Below are positions 1-8,823 of a stretch of DNA of 29,105 nt, in pieces. The stretch's first letter is position 1. The number at the start of each line of letters is the position of its first letter. The notes below the pieces were generated by a model. The model was not told the DNA's origin, did not search any database, and saw nothing but the letters and a program-made list of their open reading frames with translations. A program made the translations under genes and the position numbers. Source of the DNA: Calditrichaceae bacterium (GTDB taxonomy: Bacteria; Calditrichota; Calditrichia; Calditrichales; JBFXGD01); assembly GCA_050173015.1 (NCBI GenBank), contig JBFXLE010000035.1, positions 1 to 29,105 of the forward strand, read 5' to 3'.

Positions 1-19
1 TTGTCTTGATAAAGCCCAT
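1..19 (-). CDS. Possible 5' end of a gene running off the window (MGFIKT...)
   Basis: Minus strand reads AAGGG-CAATTTAA-ATG GGC TTT ATC AAG ACA, with TTTCTA-N17-TATATT further upstream. Only 6 codons are visible. Confidence 0.3.
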
Positions 20-230
20 TTAAATTGCCCTTAGTTTATCAATGAGTTCTGATGCTGTAAATATACATAACTTCATGTTAATTAGAAAGTTAAAAGAAAC
101 TGCAACATCCTGTGGCAAGGGGGAAACAGTCTGTCTTACTCTTTTTTCTTTTGTCTTTTTTCTTTTTTCTTAAAATTCTTACTTCCTACTTCCTACTTTG
201 TTGTCCACAGGATTTTCCCGAGGAAGCAGA

Positions 231-249
231 AGATCCCTGCGGAATGACA
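231..249 (-). repeat. REP-like element fragment (TGTC/CGTC-tagged type)
   Basis: Minus strand reads TGTCATTCCGCAGGGATCT, resembling GTCATTCC...GGAATC REP repeats. Single copy in the window. Confidence 0.4.
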
Positions 250-267
250 TGCTGTGTTGATTGTCAG

Positions 268-297
268 CTACGGGCGCCCAAATTGGGACGCACCTAC
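268..297 (-). repeat. GTAG-tagged REP-like palindrome
   Basis: Minus strand reads GTAG-GTGCGTCCCAA-T-TTGGGCGCCC-GTAG: a GTAG tag followed by an imperfect GC-rich hairpin. Confidence 0.5.
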
Positions 298-465
298 TCT
301 TAACTCTTTTCTCTTAACACTCTTAAAATTCCTACTTCCTACTTCTTACTTATTCTTTTCCCACCTGTTCTTACTCTTTTTTCTTTTTTCTTTTATCTTT
401 TTTCTTAAAATTCTCACTTCCTACTTCCTACTTCCTACTTCTCACTTCCCCCTTCCCCCTTTTAT

Positions 466-497
466 TTGATCCCATTTATAATTATGTTACCATAATT
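466..497 (+). promoter_or_regulatory. Putative sigma70 promoter overlapped by an 18-bp palindrome
   Basis: TTGATC (466-471)-N16-TACCAT (488-493) with TG extension; AATTATG-TTAC-CATAATT at 480-497. Confidence 0.45.
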
Positions 498-536
498 CCG
501 ATTCATAACCCGTTTACAAATATTACCGGAGAAATT

Positions 537-1016
537 ATGCATAAGATTACCGGCGGCATTGTGTTGATCTTTCTGATTTTCTCGCTTTTCTCATGCGCGG
601 GGGAAAAGGATCTTATTCCCGCGGAGATCAGCGGACTCAAACTGGAAAAAAAACTGACCGGGGATGAAGCCCGCGCCTTTGTGGACAATCTTCATTTTCA
701 GGCGGTGGCTCCGTCTGAGAATGAGATCGGTTTTTATGAAGGCGGTGAAACTCCGGGAATGCTGTATATCACCCATTATTCCACAAATGACACGGCTGAT
801 TATTATTTTCTGAAAATGACGGAAAAAATATCTCCTGAAAATTCTGTGTTTATCAGGGGTGAATTTATGGATGTGGATGGTCATAATATCTACCGTTGTT
901 TCGGGATGGGGCAGACTCATTTTGTATTCGCGAAAGACCGTCATTTGATTTGGCTGTCGGTGGATACCATTCGCGGAAAAGATATTCTTTCCGAATATCT
1001 GAGTTATCTGAATTGA
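537..1016 (+). CDS. Hypothetical lipoprotein
   Basis: 159-aa ORF with GGAG RBS; hydrophobic signal ending in lipobox LFSC. No recognised domain. Confidence 0.8.
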   Translation: MHKITGGIVLIFLIFSLFSCAGEKDLIPAEISGLKLEKKLTGDEARAFVDNLHFQAVAPSENEIGFYEGGETPGMLYITHYSTNDTADYYFLKMTEKISPENSVFIRGEFMDVDGHNIYRCFGMGQTHFVFAKDRHLIWLSVDTIRGKDILSEYLSYLN

Positions 1017-1101
1017 GACAAAAATCATGAACTCGTATCATTAATAAAAAGAGTGTTCAGTTCCTCGGGTTTTAATCATTTTTCAAACAGGAGGCAATTT
1101 C

Positions 1102-2973
1102 ATGAGATCTGTACGGCCAATACTGCTGTGGTTTGTCCTTGTGTTTTTAGTTGTATACGCCTGCGCGCAGGATGCGGAATTTTTAGAAGCCAATTATACC
1201 AAAAAAGAATATCAAATTGAAATGAGAGACGGCGCGAAACTGTTCACAAGCGTTCTCTTCCCGAAGGATCAATCCGTAAAATATCCGATTCTCATCAACC
1301 GCACCCCTTATGATGTGGCTCCTTACGGAGATAATCTGTTCCCGGATAAATATACCAGGGAATGGCGGCATCTTGCCGAAGAAAGATTTATATTTGTTTT
1401 CCAGGATGTGCGCGGAAAATTCATGTCGGAAGGGGAATATGAGAATATGCGTCCCTACATAAAGGATAAAAGCTCACCGAATGATGTGGATGAGAGCAGT
1501 GATACGTATGACACCATTGACTGGCTGATAAAAAATATTCCCGGTCATAACGGTAAAGTCGGCCTGTGGGGAATATCCTATCCGGGATTTTACGCGGCCA
1601 TGTCGCTGAATGAATCACATCCCGCGTTAGTGGCCGTCTCACCGCAGGCGCCCATAGCCGATTGGTACATCGGAGACGATTTCCATCATCACGGCGCGGT
1701 CTGGCTGCCGCACGCCTTTAATTTTATGGCAGTCTTTGATGTCCCGCGGGATAGTCTGACAAAAACCTGGCCGCCGAGATTTGACCATAAAACACCCGAC
1801 GGATACCGGTTTTTCCTGAAAATGGGTCCGCTGGCGAATACCAATAAACTCTATTTCAGAAATGAACATCCTTTCTGGAATGACTTTATGGAACATCCCG
1901 ATTATGACGCATTCTGGCAGGACCGCAGTTCACTCAACCATTTTGAACATGTAAAACCGGCGGTGCTGGTGGTGGGTGGTTGGTTTGACGCGGAAAATCT
2001 GTTCGGCGCGCTGAATACTTACAAAACGATCGAAAAAAAGAATCCCGATGCAAATAATGTGTTTGTCATGGGGCCGTGGTATCACGGCGGCTGGGTGCGG
2101 TCCGACGGCGATTCTCTCGGAAATATTGATTTCGGAAGCAAAACCGGCGCTTATTATATTGAGAATATTGAGCTGCCCTTTTTCAAACATCATCTGAAAG
2201 GAGAGGGGGATATAAATCTCCCGGAAGCTCAGGTGTTTGAAACGGGATCGAATCAGTGGCGGTCCTATGAATCATGGCCGCCGAAAAACGCGGAAAAGGC
2301 AAAATTGTATTTGCGGGCAGAGGGAAGCATCTCGATGGAAAAACCTGTTAAGTCAGGTAAAAACAGGTATGATGAGTATGTCAGCGACCCATCGAAACCG
2401 GTGCCATTTACAGCGGAAATCGCCACCGGGATGCCCAGGACCTATATGGTTGAAGATCAGCGATTCGCGTCCACGCGTCCGGATGTGCTGGTTTATGAGA
2501 GCGATATTCTGCAGGATGATGTCACTGTCGCCGGGCCGCTGTTTCCGGAACTTTATGTTTCCACATCCGGGACGGATTGTGACTGGATTGTCAAGCTGAT
2601 CGATGTTTTCCCGGACACGCTAAAAGAAACATCATCCGACGGATGTAAGGTCGAAATGGGCGGATTCCAGATGCTGGTGCGCGGTGATGTGATGCGTTCA
2701 CGGTACAGAAACAGTTTTGAAAAACCCGAACCGATGAAGCCGAATACTGTTACAAAAATCAAATGGGAAACTCCGGATATTAATCATACTTTTTTAAAGG
2801 GGCATAAAATCATGATACAGATCCAGAGCACATGGTTCCCCCTGGTGGATCGGAATCCACAGAAGTATGTCAATATCTATCAGGCCGTTGAAGATGATTT
2901 TCAAAAGGCCGTGCAGCGGATTTACCATTCATCTGAATATCCGTCGTCCATAAACGTGAGTCTGATGAAATAG
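1102..2973 (+). CDS. CocE/NonD family serine hydrolase (alpha-amino acid ester hydrolase / glutaryl-7-ACA acylase-like, peptidase S15), exported
   Basis: AGGAGG RBS; signal peptide; MRDG and RTPY motifs, QDVRGKFMSEG, nucleophile GISYPG, GWFDAE and GPWYHGGW; PepX_C-like C-terminal domain. Confidence 0.93.
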   Translation: MRSVRPILLWFVLVFLVVYACAQDAEFLEANYTKKEYQIEMRDGAKLFTSVLFPKDQSVKYPILINRTPYDVAPYGDNLFPDKYTREWRHLAEERFIFVFQDVRGKFMSEGEYENMRPYIKDKSSPNDVDESSDTYDTIDWLIKNIPGHNGKVGLWGISYPGFYAAMSLNESHPALVAVSPQAPIADWYIGDDFHHHGAVWLPHAFNFMAVFDVPRDSLTKTWPPRFDHKTPDGYRFFLKMGPLANTNKLYFRNEHPFWNDFMEHPDYDAFWQDRSSLNHFEHVKPAVLVVGGWFDAENLFGALNTYKTIEKKNPDANNVFVMGPWYHGGWVRSDGDSLGNIDFGSKTGAYYIENIELPFFKHHLKGEGDINLPEAQVFETGSNQWRSYESWPPKNAEKAKLYLRAEGSISMEKPVKSGKNRYDEYVSDPSKPVPFTAEIATGMPRTYMVEDQRFASTRPDVLVYESDILQDDVTVAGPLFPELYVSTSGTDCDWIVKLIDVFPDTLKETSSDGCKVEMGGFQMLVRGDVMRSRYRNSFEKPEPMKPNTVTKIKWETPDINHTFLKGHKIMIQIQSTWFPLVDRNPQKYVNIYQAVEDDFQKAVQRIYHSSEYPSSINVSLMK

Positions 2974-2982
2974 GGGAAATAG

Positions 2983-4149
2983 ATGTCATTTTTAACGCAT
3001 CTGGAATGCGCGTATTGCGGAAAACAGTATTCAGCGGATAATATTTATAATCTGTGTCCCGGGTGTCATAAGCCTCTGCTGGCAAGATATGATTTAAAAG
3101 CGGCCGGAAAATCAATCAATCCAAAAATTCTTGAAAGCCGCCGGCCCGATTTATGGCGGTTTAAGGAATTACTTCCGGTCCGGTCGGAAAAATTTATTCT
3201 GTCATTAGGAGAAGGATTCACTCCGCTTGTGGACGCGCGGTGTCTCGGCAGTGAATTTGGGGTTGATCATCTTTTCATAAAAGACGAAAGTTTAAATCCT
3301 ACCACATCATTTAAAGCCCGGGGTATGAGTGTCGCCATTTCCAGAGCTTTTGAGCTCGGGATAAAAGAAGTATCTGTCCCCTCTGCCGGCAACGCGGCGG
3401 GAGCCATGAGCGCATACGCGGCGCTCGCCGGGATAAAATCACACGTCTTTATGCCAAAGGACGTGCCTTTGCCTTTTGTGGCCGAGTGTCGCGCGCTTGG
3501 ATCGGAAGTCACGCTTGTTGACGGTCTGATTACAGACTGCGGAAAGATCGCCGCGGAAGGGGTAAAAAAATACGGCCGGTTTGATGTTTCCACTCTGAAA
3601 GAGCCGTATCGTCTTGAGGGCAAAAAGACCATGGGTTATGAAATCGCCGCGCGGATGAACTGGACATTGCCGGATGTAATTATTTATCCGACCGGAGGCG
3701 GCACCGGTCTGATCGGTATGTGGAAAGCGTTTGATGAAATGGAGCAATTGGGCTGGATTGGTTCAAAGCGGCCGAGGATGGTAACGGTTCAATCGGACGG
3801 ATGCGCCCCAATGGTTCGCGCCTTTGAAAAAGGAGAAGAATTTGCCGAACCCTGGCAGGGGGCAAAAACAGTCGCCGACGGTCTTCGTGTACCGGGCGCG
3901 GTGGGGGATTTCCTGATTTTGAGAGCCTTGCGTGAAAGCGGCGGAACGGCGGTGAGTGTTTCCGATAAAGAATTAATGGACGGCGCGAATCAGATTGGCC
4001 GAACACAGGGTATATTCGCGGCGCCCGAAGGGGGAGCGACCCTTGCCGCTTACAAGAAGCTGCTCGGACAAGGCTGGATTGGGAAAAATGAAACCGTTGT
4101 TCTGTTTAATACGGGCAGCGGTCACAAATACGCTCATCTTTGGAAATGA
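2983..4149 (+). CDS. thrC: Threonine synthase (PLP fold type II)
   Basis: N-terminal CxxC...CxxC ribbon, LGEGFTPL, NPTTSFKARG (PLP lysine), SAGNAAGA, EGKKT, PTGGGTG, PEGGA, NTGSGHKY. Confidence 0.88.
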   Translation: MSFLTHLECAYCGKQYSADNIYNLCPGCHKPLLARYDLKAAGKSINPKILESRRPDLWRFKELLPVRSEKFILSLGEGFTPLVDARCLGSEFGVDHLFIKDESLNPTTSFKARGMSVAISRAFELGIKEVSVPSAGNAAGAMSAYAALAGIKSHVFMPKDVPLPFVAECRALGSEVTLVDGLITDCGKIAAEGVKKYGRFDVSTLKEPYRLEGKKTMGYEIAARMNWTLPDVIIYPTGGGTGLIGMWKAFDEMEQLGWIGSKRPRMVTVQSDGCAPMVRAFEKGEEFAEPWQGAKTVADGLRVPGAVGDFLILRALRESGGTAVSVSDKELMDGANQIGRTQGIFAAPEGGATLAAYKKLLGQGWIGKNETVVLFNTGSGHKYAHLWK

Positions 4150-4221
4150 ATCAGATCCGGCGGTTGATTTTATTTCTGCTGACACTTTTATGATCCGCTT
4201 TTATCACTTTTAAGCTATCCA

Positions 4222-4249
4222 CCGTCCCCCCGTCTGCGCGAGAGGACGG
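4222..4249. terminator. GC hairpin between convergent genes
   Basis: CCGTCC...GGACGG imperfect stem between thrC and the RND gene; no clean U-tract. Confidence 0.45.
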
Positions 4250-4261
4250 CAGAAGCTATAT

Positions 4262-7200
4262 TTATTTTTCCTTTACAAAAATAATTCTGTACATGGCCGG
4301 CACAACGATCAGCGTGAGGAATGTGGCGAAGGCGAGTCCGAATACAATGGTCCACGCCAGCGGATTCCAGAAGGCCACATTGTCGCCGCCAAAATAAATC
4401 TGCGGATTCAGCTCGGTGAACAATGTCAGAAAGTTAATGTTAATACCGAGCGCGAGGGGAAGCAGACCAAAAATAGTTGACAGCGCCGTCAGCAGAACCG
4501 GTGTCAGACGCGTGGCGCCGGCGTCGATAATGGCTCCGACGGGATCGGTGGAGTCTTTTATCCTCTCATCGATATAATCTATCAGAATAATCGCGTTTTT
4601 CACCACAATACCGGCGACGGCAATGATCCCCATCCCGGTCATCATTACTGATACATCGATATTGAAAATGATAAATCCGAGAAGCACGCCGATGATGCTG
4701 AAAATAATCTGTGACGCGATGATGAGTGGTTTGGCCAGCGAATTAAACTGAGCCACAAGAATAATAAGAATCAGCGCGATGGCGATAAATAATGCTTTTA
4801 ACATAAAATCGCCAATTTCGGCCTGGCTTTCCTGTTCACCCGAAAAACGGATGGTGTAATTTTCCGGTAAGTCAAATCCCGGGAGTTCATCCTTTATGTT
4901 TTGGATAATTTCATTGGCGTTATATCCGGTCAAAACATTGGATGCCAGGGTAATCAACCGTTCATTATCCAGACGTGTAATAGCGCCATAAGTGGACGTG
5001 TAATCCGGCGCCGCCACCGCGGAGATGGGTATATTGCTCGCGGGGCCGTTTCCGTTTCCGGGAACCATTAATTCCTGGCTGAGAAGCACATCCACATCAT
5101 GCCGGTATTTTTCATCAAGGCGGAGCTGAATCGGGTATTCATCCTCTCCGTCACGGAATTTGGATACCTCCTTACCGTATAGCGCGGTGCGCAGAGTCAT
5201 GCCCACATATCCGGTGCTTATGCCGAGTTTTCCGGCTTTCGCCCGATCCAGATTCAGAACGATTTCCGGTTTGTGGATTTCCATATCGGTTTGAAGATTT
5301 TCTATTCCCTGAATCCCCAATGATTCGATATATTTTTTCAGTTCATCGGAAAGCCTGACCAGTTCGTTGATATCCTCTCCGCGAATTTCAATGTTGATCG
5401 GTTTCCCGGCGGGCGGACCCATAACATCACGGTCCACTTCAATCTGCGCTCCCGGTATTCCCTGCACACTGTCACGAATTTCATCCAGATATTCGAGTGT
5501 TGATTTTCCGCTATTCCTGTATTTGTATTCAACAAAGGATACGGTCACTTTTGCCAGTTTTTCCTGGGTTGTGCTTTCAAACAATCCGCTTCCGGCGTTA
5601 ATGGCGACATTGGTCATCACTGATTCCACATCGGGATTGTTTTTTCCGAGGATGTCCATCACCCTGTTCTCAACAGTCCGGGCTACGGCATCCGTATAAA
5701 CAACATCTGTTCCTTCAGGCATGGTAATATAAACATAAACATAATTTGGATCTCCGCTGGGCATAAAAACGACCTTCGGCGCCGCGATGCCCATAAGAAA
5801 AAATGTAAAAAACAGTAGAAAAACCGTTCCCCCGACCACCGCGTAAGGGCGTTTGCCCTTCAGGAAAAATGCCAGAGAGCTTCTGTATCCGGACATCATT
5901 AACGGTAATACGGTTTGCTGAAATTTATCTATCATTTTTATCATGGCTGTTTTGAGAAATACATAGAATATCAGACCAAACACGATCAGATTAGCCGGCA
6001 TCATCCAGCCCGCCAGATAGAACACACCGGCAAATATCCCAAGAATCACTGCTACTTTCAGGAATTTCCTGCTTAGTTTCCCATGATCCGTATCATGCTC
6101 ATCGCCTTCATATTTCATGAATGACACGGCAAATACAGGATTCATAAAATAGGCCACAAGAATGGAGGCGGCCAAAGTAATGATTAAAGTGATTGGTAAG
6201 TAAGATATAAACTTACCCATGATTCCGGGCATGAATATCAATGGGAAAAACGGCGCCAAAGTTGTAAGCGTACCGGTGAAGACGGGTACGGCAACTTCTC
6301 CCACCGCTATTTTTGTAGCGTCGGTAATGGAGAGTCCCTTTGTTGTGGTATAATGCCGGTATATATTTTCCACCACGACGATAGAATTATCCACTACAAT
6401 TCCAAGCACAAGAATAAATGCCATGAGCACGATCATATTCATCGTAAAGCCGATCATGGGTACGATAATAAAAGCGATCAGCATGGAAAGCGGTATGGCG
6501 ACGCCAACAAAAACCGCGTCGAGTTCGCCCATAAAAAACATCAGAATAAAAACCACAACGATAAATCCAAGAATAATTGTATTAAAAAGATCGCTAACCG
6601 AATTTCTGGTCTGAGTGCTGCTGTCACCCGTAATCGCGATGATAAGGTTTTCGGGGCCGTGTTTTTGAAATTTTTCCGTGATTCGCCGGATTTCATCGAC
6701 AGCGTCGATCAGATTCTCGCCGCTTTTTTTAATGACGGACAGAGTGATAACCTCTTCCCCGTTCATTCGTGAATAACTTTCACGCTCTTTAAATCCGTCA
6801 ACGATCTCCGCGATATCTTTTAAATAAACACCGTCTTTTATAAGAATATTGGCAATCTGTTCTACCTTTTCAAATTCACCGACCACCCGAAGATTTCTTT
6901 TCATATCGCCGGCATGAATCAGGCCACCGGAAATAGTGACGTTTTCATTCGCGACCGCGCTTTCTATCGTATTAAAAGAAATACCGGCCGCCTGCATTTT
7001 GTAAATATCTACATTGATCTGAATCTCGCGTTCCAGAGCCCCCACCATATCCACGCGTGTTATTTCCGGAAGCGCTTCGATTTCATCCTGAAGATCATCG
7101 GCATATTCTTTTAGTTTTACCAATCCAAGGTCGCCGGACAAATTGACAAATAAAATTGGTATTTCGGAGACATCTATTTGCTTGAGATCCGGTTCCTGGT

Positions 7201-7579
7201 AAAGGTCGTTCGGGAGTTCGCTGCGCGAATCATCCACCGCCTTTTTTGTGTCGATAAAGGCCTGCATTTCATCCGCGGTAACTTCGAATTCGACCACAAT
7301 AAGAGAGACGTCCTGCATGGACTGGCTGTTGATATGCTTGATTCCGTTGATGCCCTTTAACTCTTTTTCGATCGGTCTCGTGATCAGGTTTTCTATATCC
7401 GCCGGAGACGTGCCGGGTTGGATTGTTGTGATCATAAAATAAGGGAAAACCACATCAGGAAATTGTTCTTTAGATGTGGACAAGTATTGAATGATTCCAA
7501 AAATCACCAGCAAAACAGTAAATACATAAATGGTGGTTTTATTTTCTATCGCTTTATTGGATAGTTTGAATTCTTTCAT
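4262..7579 (-). CDS. RND efflux transporter permease subunit (AcrB/AcrD/AcrF family)
   Basis: 1105 aa; PGTSPADIENLITRPIE, GIVVDNSIVVVENI, GIVVKNAIILIDY, RLTPVLLT; two large periplasmic loops and two TM blocks. Confidence 0.95.
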   Translation of the reverse strand: MKEFKLSNKAIENKTTIYVFTVLLVIFGIIQYLSTSKEQFPDVVFPYFMITTIQPGTSPADIENLITRPIEKELKGINGIKHINSQSMQDVSLIVVEFEVTADEMQAFIDTKKAVDDSRSELPNDLYQEPDLKQIDVSEIPILFVNLSGDLGLVKLKEYADDLQDEIEALPEITRVDMVGALEREIQINVDIYKMQAAGISFNTIESAVANENVTISGGLIHAGDMKRNLRVVGEFEKVEQIANILIKDGVYLKDIAEIVDGFKERESYSRMNGEEVITLSVIKKSGENLIDAVDEIRRITEKFQKHGPENLIIAITGDSSTQTRNSVSDLFNTIILGFIVVVFILMFFMGELDAVFVGVAIPLSMLIAFIIVPMIGFTMNMIVLMAFILVLGIVVDNSIVVVENIYRHYTTTKGLSITDATKIAVGEVAVPVFTGTLTTLAPFFPLIFMPGIMGKFISYLPITLIITLAASILVAYFMNPVFAVSFMKYEGDEHDTDHGKLSRKFLKVAVILGIFAGVFYLAGWMMPANLIVFGLIFYVFLKTAMIKMIDKFQQTVLPLMMSGYRSSLAFFLKGKRPYAVVGGTVFLLFFTFFLMGIAAPKVVFMPSGDPNYVYVYITMPEGTDVVYTDAVARTVENRVMDILGKNNPDVESVMTNVAINAGSGLFESTTQEKLAKVTVSFVEYKYRNSGKSTLEYLDEIRDSVQGIPGAQIEVDRDVMGPPAGKPINIEIRGEDINELVRLSDELKKYIESLGIQGIENLQTDMEIHKPEIVLNLDRAKAGKLGISTGYVGMTLRTALYGKEVSKFRDGEDEYPIQLRLDEKYRHDVDVLLSQELMVPGNGNGPASNIPISAVAAPDYTSTYGAITRLDNERLITLASNVLTGYNANEIIQNIKDELPGFDLPENYTIRFSGEQESQAEIGDFMLKALFIAIALILIILVAQFNSLAKPLIIASQIIFSIIGVLLGFIIFNIDVSVMMTGMGIIAVAGIVVKNAIILIDYIDERIKDSTDPVGAIIDAGATRLTPVLLTALSTIFGLLPLALGININFLTLFTELNPQIYFGGDNVAFWNPLAWTIVFGLAFATFLTLIVVPAMYRIIFVKEK

Positions 7580-7619
7580 CTTTATCAGCCTTTTATTCCG
7601 TAATTGGGATTAATTGTTC

Positions 7620-8771
7620 TTACTGGTTGCCGGCGATTACATTCGCGTCGGAGACTCTCACATTCTGCCCGTCTGCAAGATTTTGATATCCGACCGTTAC
7701 CAAATATTCGTCCGGCAGCAGTCCGTTTGTAAGTTCGATAATACCGTCATAATTTAAGCCTGTGGTCACCTGTTTTTTTACCACTTTCCAAAGATTCCCG
7801 TCCGCATTGACAGGTTTGGCGGTAAAGAGAAATTTTCTTTCACCGGTATTTTGCACTACGTTTACAGGCGCGGTAATCGCGCCGGCTTTTGTATAATCGT
7901 TGATTGTCAGTATAGCCATCATATTTGGTTTGACCGACTGCATTCCGGCTGGTATTTTTACCTCAACCGGAAAGGTGCGATTTTTGGAGTCGATGACCTG
8001 TGAGACGGATCGTATAACGGAAGCAAAAGACTTATCCAGAACAGGAATGTATACATTTACAGAGTCACCGCTATGTACCTGATTGATATAGTTTTCCGAT
8101 AGAAATGTTTCAATTTTTAACTGTGAAACCTTTACGACCCGCACCGTTCCAAAACCGGCGCCGATGCCTTCGCCTTCTTTGACCAGAATCTGATCGACTG
8201 TACCGCTGATGGGAGCGATGATTTTCGTAAGGCGGTAGGTTTCTTCCAAAGTAGCCAGACGCGCTTCGAGAGCATCCTTATTATTCTTTGCCTGAAGATA
8301 TTGAATTTCGCTTCCGATTTTCTTTTCCCATAACCGTTCCTGGCGTTCAAATATTGTTCGCGCCAGATCCAGACTTGTCTTTAGTTCAGTAATATTTTTC
8401 TCATAAATCGCGCCGTCCAGCTGCGCCAGCAGTTGTCCGGATTTTACCTGATCACCCTCGGTGACATAAATGGATTTGATCACACCGTCGAGCTGGGCGG
8501 GAATCAGTATGTTATTGTCAGATGTAACCGTTCCCTGTGTTTTAATATAGTGCCGGAATACAGATGGTTTAACGGTCTGCAGCGAAATAAAGGGGGCGTT
8601 TTCCTGTAATTTGTCTCCACTCTCAACGGCAATTTCCGCAAGCAGCTGTTTAATTTCAAGGTTTATCTCATCACGTTTTGCTTCCAGCGCTTTTAGTTGA
8701 GACTGCTTATCCGCGTTTCCGCATCCCGCGATTGTTAAGGCGGCTAATGTCATTAAAAATATTTTCTTCAT
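7620..8771 (-). CDS. RND efflux periplasmic adaptor (MFP), lipoprotein
   Basis: Start moved to ATG 8771 (MKKIFLMTLAALTIAGC, lipobox). Lipoyl half-motifs VTEGDQVKSGQLLAQLD and IIAPISGTV flank a coiled coil. Confidence 0.93.
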   Translation of the reverse strand: MKKIFLMTLAALTIAGCGNADKQSQLKALEAKRDEINLEIKQLLAEIAVESGDKLQENAPFISLQTVKPSVFRHYIKTQGTVTSDNNILIPAQLDGVIKSIYVTEGDQVKSGQLLAQLDGAIYEKNITELKTSLDLARTIFERQERLWEKKIGSEIQYLQAKNNKDALEARLATLEETYRLTKIIAPISGTVDQILVKEGEGIGAGFGTVRVVKVSQLKIETFLSENYINQVHSGDSVNVYIPVLDKSFASVIRSVSQVIDSKNRTFPVEVKIPAGMQSVKPNMMAILTINDYTKAGAITAPVNVVQNTGERKFLFTAKPVNADGNLWKVVKKQVTTGLNYDGIIELTNGLLPDEYLVTVGYQNLADGQNVRVSDANVIAGNQ

Positions 8772-8823
8772 AGTATTATCCCAATTAGGTTGATTCAATC
8801 TATTTGTTTTATCTTCATTATTT

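Larger units (their letters stand above)
131..460 (+). repeat. Pyrimidine-rich heptamer tandem repeats arranged in three related blocks
   Basis: Units TCTTTTT and CTTCCTA. The block TCTTAAAATTC(T/C)(T/C)ACTTCCTACTTC recurs within ~131-198, ~321-351 and ~365-450; blocks 1 and 3 are near-duplicates over ~70 nt. Confidence 0.9.

Noticed and set aside
131-460. CRISPR array
   Set aside because: Repeats are low-complexity heptamers with irregular spacing and no unique spacers; no cas genes.
112-469. ORFs 112..303 and 254..469 (Phe/Leu/Ser-rich)
   Set aside because: Translations of stop-poor pyrimidine repeats; no RBS or family signal.
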